From an uncultured Holophaga sp. (GTDB lineage Bacteria; Acidobacteriota; Holophagae; Holophagales; Holophagaceae): 64,000 nt of DNA. Below the pieces are notes generated by a model, which worked only from the letters and a program-made list of their open reading frames with translations, was not told the origin of the DNA and searched no databases. Shown piece by piece: positions 28,220 through 38,508 of the stretch. Each line of letters begins with the position of its first letter. Position 1 is the first letter of the stretch. Made by a program: the position numbers and the translations under genes. The stretch lies in contig OY761614.1 in assembly GCA_963664825.1 (NCBI GenBank), forward strand, positions 1,888,001 through 1,952,000, written 5' to 3'.

Positions 28220-28722
28220 TGGAATTCAAGAAGGGCCCCATTCAAGGGGTCAAACTGACGCCTCTCAAGAAGTTCGTGGACGAACGAGGCTGGCTGGCGG
28301 AGATCTTCCGCCACGACGAACTGGAGCCTGAATTCCACCCGGCCATGTCCTACGTGAGCGTGACGCTGCCTGGCGTGCTGCGCGGCCCCCACGAGCACGT
28401 GGACCAGGCCGATCTCTTTGCCTGGGTGGGGCCCGGGGACTTCAAGCTGACCCTCTGGGACAACCGTCCCACGAGTCCGACCTACCTGAACCGCATGGAG
28501 CTCTGTCTGGGCATCAACAATCCGGGCTCCGTGGTGGTGCCCAAGGGCGTAGTGCACTGCTACCGCTGCGTGAGCCAGGAACCCGGCTTCGTCATCAACT
28601 GTCCCAACCAGCTCTTCGCCGGGGAAGGCAAGAAGGCGCCCATCGACGAGATCCGCCACGAGGATGATGCCGAGAATCCCTTCGTCCTGGACGAAGCCGC
28701 GCGCAGGGTCCACACAAAATGA
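28219..28722 (+). CDS. rfbC: dTDP-4-dehydrorhamnose 3,5-epimerase
   Basis: DERGW, GVLRGPH, D.R..SPTY, VPKGVVH. Confidence 0.9.
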   Translation: MEFKKGPIQGVKLTPLKKFVDERGWLAEIFRHDELEPEFHPAMSYVSVTLPGVLRGPHEHVDQADLFAWVGPGDFKLTLWDNRPTSPTYLNRMELCLGINNPGSVVVPKGVVHCYRCVSQEPGFVINCPNQLFAGEGKKAPIDEIRHEDDAENPFVLDEAARRVHTK

Positions 28723-28846
28723 TTCACCACGGAGAACACAGAGGAGCACGGAGGAAGCACGGAGAAAAGGTCATCCCATCCATGGCTTTGCCCGCATTTA
28801 TCAAGGCTGTTTTTTCTCCCCGTCCTTTGTGCATGAGTGGTGAATC
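28721..28846. repeat. Periodic palindromic repeat filling the rmlC-rmlD gap
   Basis: Perfect terminal IR GATTCACCAC/GTGGTGAATC with internal CACGGAG units. Confidence 0.8.
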
Positions 28847-28849
28847 CCT

Positions 28850-29716
28850 GTGAGGGTCGTCGTCGCAGGGGGAAGCGGCCAGTTGGCCCGGGCGATCCGG
28901 GAGACCTGGACCGGTCACGAGTTGATCTTCCCACCGGAAACGGAACTGGATCTCTCCCGCCCGGAAGCCATCCAGAAGGTGCTCCGGGAACTCCAGCCCC
29001 AGATCGTCCTCAACTGCGCCGCCTTCACCCAGGTGGATCGCTGCGAGACCGAAGAAACCACGGCCACCCTCATCAATGGCAGGGCCGTGGGCTGGCTGGC
29101 GGAAGCCTGCGATGATCTGGGCGCCAAGCTCGTGCAGATCAGTACGGACTACGTGTTCGACGGACAGGGCACACGGCCCTACCGGGAGAGCGATCCCACA
29201 AGTCCCGTTTCGGCCTACGGCCGCACCAAGCTCCTGGGGGAGCGCGCTGCCCTCTCTGCAAGGCGCCATCTGGTGGCCCGCACGGCCTGGCTTTTTGAGG
29301 CCTGGGGCAAGAACTTCTTCCTCACCATGGTGAACGCTGGCCTTCAGGGCCGCACCCTGCGTGTGGTGGACGACCAGAGGGGCACGCCCACCACCTGTCG
29401 AGCCCTGGCCCGCCAGCTGCAGATGGCCGTAGACGAGGACTGGCAGGGACTGGTGCATGTCACCTGCGCGGGTGAAACCACCTGGCACGGCTTCGCCGCA
29501 GAGATCTTCCGCCAGACGGGCATCGAGGCCCATCTCACACCCTGTGCCAGCACCGAATACCCCACACCCGCCCGCCGTCCTGCCTACTCGGTGCTGGATG
29601 GCAGCCATCGCAGCGAACTGGGCACGGACCTCATGCCCCCATGGCAGGAGGCCCTGGCGGAAGTGGTGCGGAATCTCCCAGACTTCCCCACACTATCAGG
29701 GGGGGAACGTCCATGA
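28850..29716 (+). CDS. rfbD: dTDP-4-dehydrorhamnose reductase
   Basis: GGSGQL, NCAAFTQVD, STDYVFDG, YGRTK, DQRGTPT, RPAYS. Confidence 0.96.
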   Translation: MRVVVAGGSGQLARAIRETWTGHELIFPPETELDLSRPEAIQKVLRELQPQIVLNCAAFTQVDRCETEETTATLINGRAVGWLAEACDDLGAKLVQISTDYVFDGQGTRPYRESDPTSPVSAYGRTKLLGERAALSARRHLVARTAWLFEAWGKNFFLTMVNAGLQGRTLRVVDDQRGTPTTCRALARQLQMAVDEDWQGLVHVTCAGETTWHGFAAEIFRQTGIEAHLTPCASTEYPTPARRPAYSVLDGSHRSELGTDLMPPWQEALAEVVRNLPDFPTLSGGERP

Positions 29717-30261
29717 GCCTGCCTCAAACGCGTCACCCGGGGTACACCCTGCAGGATTGGGAAACCTGGGAAGGCCATTGGGAACTGATCCACGGAATCG
29801 CCTACCCCACCTACGGGATTCCCAGCTTGGAACATCAGCGCGTCAGCGTGAACCTGGCCTCCGATATCCTGATGGCCTTGAAGGAAGCCAAGGGCCGAAT
29901 CGGAGGCGGCGAATGCGAGGTATTCCCGGCCCCGGTGGATGTCTTCTTGGGAAATAGTGTGGTCCAGCCCGATCTCGTAGTGGTCTGCGATCCTGCCAAG
30001 AAGTCCGATCGGGGCATCGCGGGCCCTCCCGATCTGGTGGTGGAGATCCTGAGCCCCAGCACCGCGTCCAAAGACATGACTCGTAAATGGTGGCTTTATG
30101 AATCAGCCGGAATCCCAGAATATCTGATCGTGGATCCCCTGGAGCGCCTCGGAAAACTCCTCCGCCTGGAGGCAGGCCGGTATCTGGAGGCCACGCGCCT
30201 GGAATGGGGTGAGGTCGTGACCCTCCTGGGGGGCAAGATCACCGTTCCCCTCGGGTCCTGA
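29713..30261 (+). CDS. Uma2 family PD-(D/E)xK endonuclease
   Basis: ELIHG, HQ, QPDLVVVC, PDLVVEILSPST, YESAGIPEYLIVDP. Confidence 0.92.
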   Translation: MSLPQTRHPGYTLQDWETWEGHWELIHGIAYPTYGIPSLEHQRVSVNLASDILMALKEAKGRIGGGECEVFPAPVDVFLGNSVVQPDLVVVCDPAKKSDRGIAGPPDLVVEILSPSTASKDMTRKWWLYESAGIPEYLIVDPLERLGKLLRLEAGRYLEATRLEWGEVVTLLGGKITVPLGS

Positions 30262-30309
30262 ACTCATTAAATGTGTTATTATTTTTTTGAATCAGGAAGG
30301 AGCCCATTC

Positions 30310-30546
30310 ATGACCATCTGGCGCGATCGCATTACCAGCGACACGACCGTATGCCACGGACAAGCTTGCATCCGGGGGACACGCATTCCCGTGGCTGTCG
30401 TGCTTGATAACCTCGCGGCGGGTCTCCGGGTCGAAGAAATCATCATCAGCTATCCCAGCCTCCAGCCTGAAGATATCCAGGCCGCCTTATCCTATTGTGC
30501 TGAGATCGCCCGAGAGCGCATCGTCATCCTCCCGGAATCCGCATGA
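30310..30546 (+). CDS. DUF433 family protein (VapB45-like antitoxin)
   Basis: VCHGQACIRGTRIPV..L, YPSL..EDI.AAL.Y. Confidence 0.92.
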   Translation: MTIWRDRITSDTTVCHGQACIRGTRIPVAVVLDNLAAGLRVEEIIISYPSLQPEDIQAALSYCAEIARERIVILPESA

Positions 30547-30923
30547 GCCAGCAGGATGGGCCGTGTGGCCCGAAATTCAAACTGGACGAGAACCTGCCGG
30601 TAGAGGCCGCTGAGGCGCTCCGCAAGGCGGGTTACGATGCCGTGACGGTGCTCGAGCAGGCCCTGGGGGGTGCGAAGGACGATCGCGTGGCGGACGTCTG
30701 TCGTCATGAGAACCGAGTGCTGGTGACCCTGGATCTCGATTTCTCCAACATCCAGACCTATCCGCCCTCCTCGCATTCCGGCGTCATCGTTCTCCGCCTC
30801 CCCTGTCAGGACAAGCCCGAAGTCCTGAAGGCCATGACCGCGTTGATCCCCCATCTACCCCAGGAACCGCTGGCCGGGCATCTTTGGGTGATGGACGAGC
30901 ACAAAATTCGAATCAGAGGCTGA
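30543..30923 (+). CDS. DUF5615 PIN-like protein (VapC45-like toxin)
   Basis: KFKLDENLP, G..D, RVLVTLDLDF, GVIVLR; ATGA overlap with DUF433. Confidence 0.9.
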   Translation: MSQQDGPCGPKFKLDENLPVEAAEALRKAGYDAVTVLEQALGGAKDDRVADVCRHENRVLVTLDLDFSNIQTYPPSSHSGVIVLRLPCQDKPEVLKAMTALIPHLPQEPLAGHLWVMDEHKIRIRG

Positions 30924-30980
30924 TTCAGCCTTTTCCTCCGTGGTGAATCTTCTTTCCTTAGTCTTTCTTGGTGAATTCTC

Positions 30981-31955
30981 ATGTCTGAAACCATCCTCAT
31001 TACAGGCGGCGCCGGCTTCATCGGCTCGAACCTCGTCCACCGCTGGCATCGGGAGCATCCCCAGGACCGCATCCTGGTGCTGGACAAGCTCACCTACGCC
31101 GCCGACCGCACACAGATAGAGGGTCTTGAAGGGGTCGAACTCGTTGTCGGGGATGTGCAGAACCTGGAACTGGCCCGCCACCTCATCGAGCGCCACGGCG
31201 TGAGGAAACTCTTCCATCTGGCCGCGGAAAGTCACGTGGACCGCAGCATCACGGGGCCCGCGGAATTCATCCAGACCAACGTGGTGGGCACCTTCTCCAT
31301 GCTGGAAGCCGCCCGCCAGGCCTGGGCGGGCGACACGAGCTGTCGCTTCCTGCACATCAGCACAGACGAGGTATATGGATCGCTCGGTGAGACGGGCAAG
31401 TTCTCCGAGACGATGGCCTACGCCCCCAATAGTCCCTACAGCGCCAGCAAGGCCAGCAGCGACCATCTGGTGCGGGCCTATCACCACACCTATGGCCTGA
31501 ATACCGTCACGACCAACTGCTCCAACAACTATGGCCCCCGCCAGCACCCGGAGAAGCTGATCCCCCTGGCCATCACGCGCATGGCCAAGGGCGAGCCCAT
31601 CCCCATCTACGGGGATGGCCAGAACGTGCGGGACTGGCTCTTCGTGGAGGACCACTGCGCGGCCCTGGAATTAGTGATGCTGAAGGGCGTCAGTGGCGAG
31701 ACCTACTGCGTGGGGGGCGATAACGAGCGGACGAACCTGGAGCTCATCGATCTGCTCTGCGACGCGGTGGACAAGCATCTGGGGCGAGCCCAGGGGACGA
31801 GCCGCAGGCTCAAGACCTTCGTAAAGGACCGGGCGGGACATGACAGGCGCTACGCGATTGATGCGGGGAAAATCCATATTGATTTGGGTTGGGAACCAGG
31901 AATCGCCTTTGTCGACGGCTTGGGGGAGACGGTCGCCTGGTACCTGAAACAATGA
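30981..31955 (+). CDS. rfbB: dTDP-glucose 4,6-dehydratase
   Basis: TGGAGFIGS, DKLTYA, HLAAESHVDRSI, STDEVYG, YSASK, GHDRRYA. Confidence 0.97.
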   Translation: MSETILITGGAGFIGSNLVHRWHREHPQDRILVLDKLTYAADRTQIEGLEGVELVVGDVQNLELARHLIERHGVRKLFHLAAESHVDRSITGPAEFIQTNVVGTFSMLEAARQAWAGDTSCRFLHISTDEVYGSLGETGKFSETMAYAPNSPYSASKASSDHLVRAYHHTYGLNTVTTNCSNNYGPRQHPEKLIPLAITRMAKGEPIPIYGDGQNVRDWLFVEDHCAALELVMLKGVSGETYCVGGDNERTNLELIDLLCDAVDKHLGRAQGTSRRLKTFVKDRAGHDRRYAIDAGKIHIDLGWEPGIAFVDGLGETVAWYLKQ

Positions 31956-33274
31956 CGCAAACGCGAAGCCTCACCAAAAATTCGATCTACAACCTGGTAG
32001 GCGGTGGGTTGCCTATGATCGTCGGGATCGTGACTATTCCGCGCCTCGTGCATACATTGGGAGTGGACCGCTTCGGTGTTCTGACTCTGACATGGGTGGT
32101 CATGGGATATTTCAGCCTGTTCGATCTGGGGTTGGGTCGGGCCCTGACCCAGATTGTCGCCGAGCGCACGGGAACTGGGGATTGCCAGGAACTTCCTGAC
32201 ATCATCCGAACGGCACTGGTTATGATGGCTCTGCTGGGATTGGTGGGTGGGGTTGGCCTGAGCATAGCTTCGCCCCTCGTGGTGGGCCGCGTCCTGAAAA
32301 TGTCTCCCACGCTCCATCGCGAGTCCCTGTACGCATTCGGATTGATGGCCTTTTCTGTGCCGGCCGTCACCCTGCTGGCTGGACTCCGAGGCATTCTCGA
32401 AGCCCGCCAGCGTTTTTTCCAGATCAACCTCCTCCGTATGGGCATGGGCGTCCTCACCTTTTTGGGGCCCTGGTTGGTGTCCTTCAAGACGGTCCACCTT
32501 TTCTGGGTGGTGCTGAGCCTGGAAGTGATGCGGTATAGCGCCCTGGTGGCGCATTACCTACTTTGCCGCCGGGTCGTGCCGGAAATGATTGGGCATAGGA
32601 GCTTCCAATCCCGTCATGGGAAGACTCTGCTGCGGTTCGGGGGCTGGATGACGGTAAGCAACGTGGTCAGCCCCTTGATGGTGAACATGGACCGCTTCTT
32701 CCTGGGGGCCTTCGTATCCGTGGGGGCCATCGCCTACTACGCCACCCCCTTCGATATGATCACCAAAGTGATGGTGGTTTCGAGCGCCATTGTCTCCGTG
32801 CTGTTTCCCATGTTCGGCTCGCTGCACCGGGTTGATCCCGCCGAGGCTTTTCGCCTGTACCGAAAGGGACTCCGCAGCGTTTTCCTGATCCTGGCCCCCA
32901 TCCTCTTCGTGGCCTGGGTCGCGTCTCCCTTCATCCTGCTGCATTGGCTTGGGCCCGATTTCGCCCGGCAGGGCAGCGGGGTCATGCGAATACTTTGCCT
33001 CGGTGTGCTGATCAACGCTCTGGCCGCGGTTCCCTTCGCGTTCATCCAGGGGATTGCCAGGCCCGACATCACCGCCAAACTCCATCTTGCGGAAGCCCCG
33101 GTCTATCTGCTGGTCCTATGGATTTTGGGCACCCATTTTGGTCTTCTGGGGGTCGCCTGGGCCTGGACCATTAGGGTCACTGCGGATTTCATCTTGTTGC
33201 TTTTGGGTGTATGGCGGTATCGAGAGGCTCTCCAGAAACCCTCAGGCCCTGACAGAGTGCCTTCGCTGGGCTAG
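31952..33274 (+). CDS. wzx: Wzx flippase
   Basis: Multi-TM, KNSIYNL, LG.D.FG, FDLGLG, DRFFLG. Confidence 0.88.
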   Translation: MTQTRSLTKNSIYNLVGGGLPMIVGIVTIPRLVHTLGVDRFGVLTLTWVVMGYFSLFDLGLGRALTQIVAERTGTGDCQELPDIIRTALVMMALLGLVGGVGLSIASPLVVGRVLKMSPTLHRESLYAFGLMAFSVPAVTLLAGLRGILEARQRFFQINLLRMGMGVLTFLGPWLVSFKTVHLFWVVLSLEVMRYSALVAHYLLCRRVVPEMIGHRSFQSRHGKTLLRFGGWMTVSNVVSPLMVNMDRFFLGAFVSVGAIAYYATPFDMITKVMVVSSAIVSVLFPMFGSLHRVDPAEAFRLYRKGLRSVFLILAPILFVAWVASPFILLHWLGPDFARQGSGVMRILCLGVLINALAAVPFAFIQGIARPDITAKLHLAEAPVYLLVLWILGTHFGLLGVAWAWTIRVTADFILLLLGVWRYREALQKPSGPDRVPSLG

Positions 33275-33361
33275 AATGTCCGGGTGAAATGGGAAATATG
33301 AATTTCTTCACTTTCGCATCCAACACCGCTGATGGCCCTCTTTTGGGTCGAGGAGCGTGAT

Positions 33362-34630
33362 GTGACAGCATTGGTATTTTCCCTTTGTATTTTTATTTTT
33401 ATAGTTATAACCACGATTAATTATCTTGCCGGAAGAAAAGACGTTTTATATCCTGGTTTTTTGTATGGCCTTGTGTGGGTAATTGTATTTTCTGCGTATG
33501 TGTTTTCTCCGGTAGATGTTTATGATATTGGCTTTAAAACTGTATCGTTGTTGTTGTTTGGAGCTGCAGCTTTTTCGTTGGGATGTTATTTTAGCAAAAT
33601 TATTGATACGCACAGTTATAATTTAACCTATGGTAAGTGCTCAGTTCGAAGATGCGGGATATGGTTCTTGGTTTTATATTGTTTTATAGTGTTCCCATTC
33701 TTTTGTAAGGATATTCTGGCTGTTTCTGGTGGGGGATTGTCGTCTCTCCTTGATCTCCGTAATATGATGGTTTTAGCCACAAAAGATGGAGGAAGTATAT
33801 ATTCAAGCGTAATTACAGGTAGTGTTGTGATGGTTTCAATAAGCACGGCGTGTATAGCATTCATAGAGCCAAATGCAAATCGGCATGCTTTTTACGTTGC
33901 AGTCCTGTTGTCGATTGTGTACTGCGTTCTTAATACTGGACGTAATAGTCTGTTTGCACTGGTGTTTGGGCTAATTGCAATACATCTTATGAGAAAAAAC
34001 AAAACGACTTCATTTGGTTGGGCAGTCAAAAAACTTGGAATTCCATTGATATTATTTGTTTCTGTTATGATGGCGTATATGTTTGTAAATCACCAAACAG
34101 AAGGCGAAGGTTCATTTGTGCTTGCGAATAAATATTTATTCATATACCTAACGGGTGGGATTCCCGCACTGGATACAGTTGTAAATGCAAACGCGTCCAA
34201 CGCCCCGCACCATACCTTTCAATTTTTTACAAGCATTTCAAATGCATTATTCAACACGCGCTATGCACTTCCACTGCCCTTGGATAATTTTGTAAGCGTG
34301 CCATATCCGACCAACGTCTATACGGTCTACAAATTTTTCTATCAGGACTTTGGCTATAGTGGAACTATTATTGTCATGTCTGTAATTGGCTTTATTCATG
34401 GATTGGTTTATAGATTTGCCAAGATCGGCGATAAAATAGCTATATTTTTCTATGCAATGCTAACATCCCCCTTGTTGTTGAGCTTTTTTGATGACACTTA
34501 TTCGGATTTCAGAGGGCATATTAGGAATGCTTTGGTCGTGAGCTTTTGTTATATATTGTTGCCAACGGGTCACGCTCTATTTGTTTGGTTTTCCAAAAAG
34601 ACTAAAACAACAAGCCTTGGGACGTTTTGA
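33362..34630 (+). CDS. wzy: Wzy O-antigen/repeat-unit polymerase
   Basis: AT-rich multi-TM ORF with TGR, TNVYT, Y.DFG..G motifs; SD GAGGAG before GTG (alternative ATG 33332). Confidence 0.78.
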   Translation: MTALVFSLCIFIFIVITTINYLAGRKDVLYPGFLYGLVWVIVFSAYVFSPVDVYDIGFKTVSLLLFGAAAFSLGCYFSKIIDTHSYNLTYGKCSVRRCGIWFLVLYCFIVFPFFCKDILAVSGGGLSSLLDLRNMMVLATKDGGSIYSSVITGSVVMVSISTACIAFIEPNANRHAFYVAVLLSIVYCVLNTGRNSLFALVFGLIAIHLMRKNKTTSFGWAVKKLGIPLILFVSVMMAYMFVNHQTEGEGSFVLANKYLFIYLTGGIPALDTVVNANASNAPHHTFQFFTSISNALFNTRYALPLPLDNFVSVPYPTNVYTVYKFFYQDFGYSGTIIVMSVIGFIHGLVYRFAKIGDKIAIFFYAMLTSPLLLSFFDDTYSDFRGHIRNALVVSFCYILLPTGHALFVWFSKKTKTTSLGTF

Positions 34631-34758
34631 TGGCCTATTTAAGTGCAATACTGTTGCACGGTCCATGTATGGGGTATCTAATGGAATAGGACATCTTCAT
34701 GCGCCGGAGGACGTTTTTAAAAACAAGCTATTTATTGTTGCAAACAGGAAGGCGGACA

Positions 34759-35706
34759 ATGAACACCACGGATCATCGTATGTGTATTAGAATGGTTGCC
34801 GTTATAGCGTTGTACAAAATGCAACCATGCGAATCAATAGCTTTATCTTCACTGCGGAAGGCGATTAGCTATTTGCCAAACGAGCAGGCAAAGGTGAAGA
34901 TCCTGCTGTATGATAACACTCCCGGTGGGCAGGCTATCGGCGAGTTGCCGGATGATGTATTATACAAGGCAAATCCTGAAAATGGTGCATTGTCTGCTGC
35001 CTGTAACTACGCGCTTGAAATTGCCGAGAAAGAGTGTTTTGAATGGCTTATCACCCTGAATCAGGACACTGACTTGCCCCAAGATTTTTTAAGTAAACTT
35101 TTAGACGCAGTAAGGTTAGTATCTCCCATGCAAAAAATCGCAGGGGTAGTGCCGCGCATATCCAGTGATGGGCGTGTTGTATCGCCCTATGTGCAGATGA
35201 GATTTTGGACTCTTCGTAAATATTTCCAAGATGGGTTTGTCGGAATTTCCACAAAAGAAGTACATGCCGCAAATTCGGCATCAATGATCAAGGTTAGCGC
35301 GTTGAAATCGATAGGTGGATTCGATCCGCGGTTCTCGCTTGATTTAGTTGATTTTGATATTGATCATCGGCTTTATTGCAATAATATGCATTTTTTTGTA
35401 GCTGGGAACATTCATGTCGGGCTTGAACTGTCTAGCAATGACTTGAAGAGGAGGTCATCTCCCGGTCGGTATGAAGATTACTTGCGTGCGGAAGAAGTAT
35501 ATTGTGACGAGTACTTTGGAAGAATTGTGAGTACAGTTGTCATGGCAAAACTTATCTACCGAATATGTTATAAGCTATGGTGTAACGGTGGAAATATGGC
35601 GTATCGCAAAATCGCCTTTAAATTTTTGTGTAGAAGACTATTTTGTTCGAAAACACGTCGCAAAGGGAACTGGAAGCCTTTAACAAGCCGACCCCAGTGT
35701 CTATAA
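34759..35706 (+). CDS. GT2-family glycosyltransferase (rhamnosyltransferase-like)
   Basis: LYDNT, N.ALSAACN, LNQDT, NSAS, GGFD. Confidence 0.82.
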   Translation: MNTTDHRMCIRMVAVIALYKMQPCESIALSSLRKAISYLPNEQAKVKILLYDNTPGGQAIGELPDDVLYKANPENGALSAACNYALEIAEKECFEWLITLNQDTDLPQDFLSKLLDAVRLVSPMQKIAGVVPRISSDGRVVSPYVQMRFWTLRKYFQDGFVGISTKEVHAANSASMIKVSALKSIGGFDPRFSLDLVDFDIDHRLYCNNMHFFVAGNIHVGLELSSNDLKRRSSPGRYEDYLRAEEVYCDEYFGRIVSTVVMAKLIYRICYKLWCNGGNMAYRKIAFKFLCRRLFCSKTRRKGNWKPLTSRPQCL

Positions 35707-35743
35707 TTATCGTACTATATAACAAATAGTAAGGAATAGATGT

Positions 35744-36712
35744 ATGCCTCCCGAAAAACAACTCAATATAAATGATAGCGGTGTTTTCAGGCTTCTTGCT
35801 GTCGTTGTTCTTTATAAGATGAAACCAGCGCAATCCGCCTGCTTTGCTACTTTGCAAAAAGCATTCTCGTGTTTAGGGCATGGTCAAGCAGATATTAAAA
35901 TTCTGCTGTATGACAACACGCCCAAAGGTCAAGATCCTGGCTTTCTGCCTGATGATGTAATATACAAAGCGAATGCTGATAATGGAGGGGTATCAGTAGC
36001 CTACAACTATGCATTGGAACTTGCACAGCATGATGGTTATGATTGGCTACTGACATTGGATCAGGATACAAGACTTCCGGAAGATTTCCTGTGTAAACTA
36101 TATGACGCTGCAATGTTTATAGCACCCATGCAGGATGTTGCAGCGGTTGCGCCTAAGCTAACGAGCGATGGCCGGGACGTGTCTCCATTTACGCTGACGA
36201 AATATCTTCGAATCATGAGACATTATCCAGATGAATTTGTTGGGATTCCCCTGAAAGCAGTTGATGCGATTAATTCGGGATATTTGATCAAAGTCAGTGC
36301 ACTCAATGCAATAGGCGGATACGACCGTAAGCTAACTCTTGACTTCTGTGACATTGCGCTAGGCAACCGTCTACACAGCAAGAATTTACGAGTATATGTT
36401 GCTGGAAATATTCACGTGGTGCACGAGTTGTCAGTGTTTGAGCTCATGCAGCGAGCCGATTCTACCAGGTATGAAAACATCCTACGTGCGGAAGAATATT
36501 ATTATGACAAGTATTTAGGGAGGCGGCATGGCGCGGTGCTGCTGCTAAGGTTGTTGTTTCGGGTGCTATACAGGCTGGGGAGAGCCGGAGCGACTCGCCC
36601 CTACTTCTTTGTCGCAATGAAATATATATCCAGAAGGGCTTTCTTTTCGCGCAGGCATCGTTTAAAAAGTCAGGACTGTCGTTTTGGATTGCTGGCACCT
36701 GGGTGTCTGTGA
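35744..36712 (+). CDS. GT2-family glycosyltransferase, paralog of the preceding gene
   Basis: LYDNT, NGGVSVAYN, LDQDT, INSG, GGYD..LDFCD. Confidence 0.85.
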   Translation: MPPEKQLNINDSGVFRLLAVVVLYKMKPAQSACFATLQKAFSCLGHGQADIKILLYDNTPKGQDPGFLPDDVIYKANADNGGVSVAYNYALELAQHDGYDWLLTLDQDTRLPEDFLCKLYDAAMFIAPMQDVAAVAPKLTSDGRDVSPFTLTKYLRIMRHYPDEFVGIPLKAVDAINSGYLIKVSALNAIGGYDRKLTLDFCDIALGNRLHSKNLRVYVAGNIHVVHELSVFELMQRADSTRYENILRAEEYYYDKYLGRRHGAVLLLRLLFRVLYRLGRAGATRPYFFVAMKYISRRAFFSRRHRLKSQDCRFGLLAPGCL

Positions 36713-36832
36713 TTTGTGGTGAAGGTGTTCATTGATCTTACGAAACTATAACCTAGTAAGATAATGATCCGGGGGCATGTGGAATGGCCTCCGGAATAAG
36801 AACAGGCAGTTTGTATCATGAATGGAGTCGCT

Positions 36833-37969
36833 ATGCAAAAAACGAGCATTCTTGTCACGGGCGGGATGGGTTTCATCGGCACCCACCTGATTCGGAGTTT
36901 GTGTGCCCAAGGTCACTCGGTCCGGGTGATCGACAACCTCAGTCCTCAGATCCATGGCCACCTACCCGTGGTGAATCCTGATGTGGCGCAGGACCCCAAT
37001 ATCGAGTTCACCCGAGCGGACATTCTGTCCCCCCGGGCACTGGACGAGGCCTTCCAGGGGGTGGACTACCTGGTACATCTCGCCGCGGAAACGGGAACGG
37101 CCCAGTCAATGTATGAGATTGCGCACTACAATGCCGTCAATTCCCAGGGTACGGCTGAGGTCTTAGACCGTTTGGTGAACACTAAACACTCTATCAAGAA
37201 GGTCATCCTTGCTTCATCTCGTTCGATTTACGGCGAAGGAGCCTACCGGTGCGATACCTGTGGAATCGTCACACCCGTCGCTCGCTCGGCGGAAGCTCTG
37301 GCTGCAGGGAGATGGGAACCTGACTGCCCTAGCTGCCATGGATCCCTTCAGCTAATCGCCACGCCAGAGGTCTCACGGCCATTACCAGCCTCGATTTATG
37401 CGGCCACCAAACTGGCCCAGGAAGACTTAGTGCGCATCGCCTGCGAGTCCAGCGGGATCCCGCATGCCATTCTCCGGTTCCAGAACGTGTATGGGGAAGG
37501 TCAGTCCCTCAAAAACCCCTATACGGGCATCCTGTCGATCTTCTCGACCCGGATCCGGCGCGGAATGGATCTTCCGATCTTCGAGGATGGGATGGAGAGC
37601 CGAGATTTCGTGCATGTATCGGATGTGGTGAAGGCGATTCGGCTGTGCTTGGAGTCGGAGGTCGTGACTGGCCAGGTGTTCAATGTTGGTTCTGGGGTGC
37701 CCACCTCTGTCCTTGACGTGGCCAAGATGCTCATCGAAATTTTCAAGCGTTCCTCCAAGACGGTAATTACAGGTCAGTATCGCGTGGGGGATATCCGGCA
37801 TTGTTATGCCGATATCTCTGCGCTCAGCGCTGCCACGGGCTTTGTGCCTGTCATGAGTCTAGAGGATGGGTTGGCGGCCTTCGGGGAGTGGGTCGCCAGC
37901 CAACCACTCCCCGAGGACGGATTGGATCGGGCCAATCGTGTCCTGATCGAAAAAGGATTAATGAAATGA
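36833..37969 (+). CDS. NAD-dependent epimerase/dehydratase with Cys-rich insert
   Basis: TGGMGFIG, HLAAETGTAQSMY, CxxC..CxxC, YAATK, NVYG.GQSL.NPYTG. Confidence 0.92.
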   Translation: MQKTSILVTGGMGFIGTHLIRSLCAQGHSVRVIDNLSPQIHGHLPVVNPDVAQDPNIEFTRADILSPRALDEAFQGVDYLVHLAAETGTAQSMYEIAHYNAVNSQGTAEVLDRLVNTKHSIKKVILASSRSIYGEGAYRCDTCGIVTPVARSAEALAAGRWEPDCPSCHGSLQLIATPEVSRPLPASIYAATKLAQEDLVRIACESSGIPHAILRFQNVYGEGQSLKNPYTGILSIFSTRIRRGMDLPIFEDGMESRDFVHVSDVVKAIRLCLESEVVTGQVFNVGSGVPTSVLDVAKMLIEIFKRSSKTVITGQYRVGDIRHCYADISALSAATGFVPVMSLEDGLAAFGEWVASQPLPEDGLDRANRVLIEKGLMK

Positions 37970-38508
37970 CCCTTGTCTCATTACTCAAGGCGGATGCGGA
38001 ACGCCAGTTCCACTATGCCGGGCGGAGGGTGGACAAGGTAACCCTGGGGGCGCTCCTGAAGGTCTGCTTCTCGCCGAGATTCCTCCCAGGTCTCTTGTTC
38101 CGATTGGGATCCTGGTGCGCTATCCACCACCTCCGGCCACTTGGGAAGGTTCTGTCTCTCATCAACTTCCTGGTATTTGGACTGGAGATTGGCTTGGACT
38201 GTCCGATTGGGCCAGGGCTATTCTTCCCTCATACCTCAGGGACTGTTATTGGCGCGAAGCGGATCGGGGCCAACGCAGTGATCTATCACAACGTTACCAT
38301 TGGCGCCAAGATCCCTGACCTTCAGAACCTTGGTGAACTGCGTCCCGAGATCGGTGACAATGCATTCCTTGGTGCGGGCTGCAAGATTTTGGGGCCCATT
38401 GTGCTTGGAGATTGCGTGACTGTTGGGGCAAATTCCGTAATCCTTCAGTCGATTCCATCCGGCAGTTTGGTGGTTGGTGTGCCGGGGAAGGTGCTAGATC
38501 GAAAGTGA
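37966..38508 (+). CDS. Hexapeptide-repeat O-acetyltransferase (CysE/WcaB-like)
   Basis: IGPGLFFPH..GTVIG, VTIG, P.IGDN..LGAG, VGANSV, VGVPGK. Confidence 0.88.
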   Translation: MTLVSLLKADAERQFHYAGRRVDKVTLGALLKVCFSPRFLPGLLFRLGSWCAIHHLRPLGKVLSLINFLVFGLEIGLDCPIGPGLFFPHTSGTVIGAKRIGANAVIYHNVTIGAKIPDLQNLGELRPEIGDNAFLGAGCKILGPIVLGDCVTVGANSVILQSIPSGSLVVGVPGKVLDRK

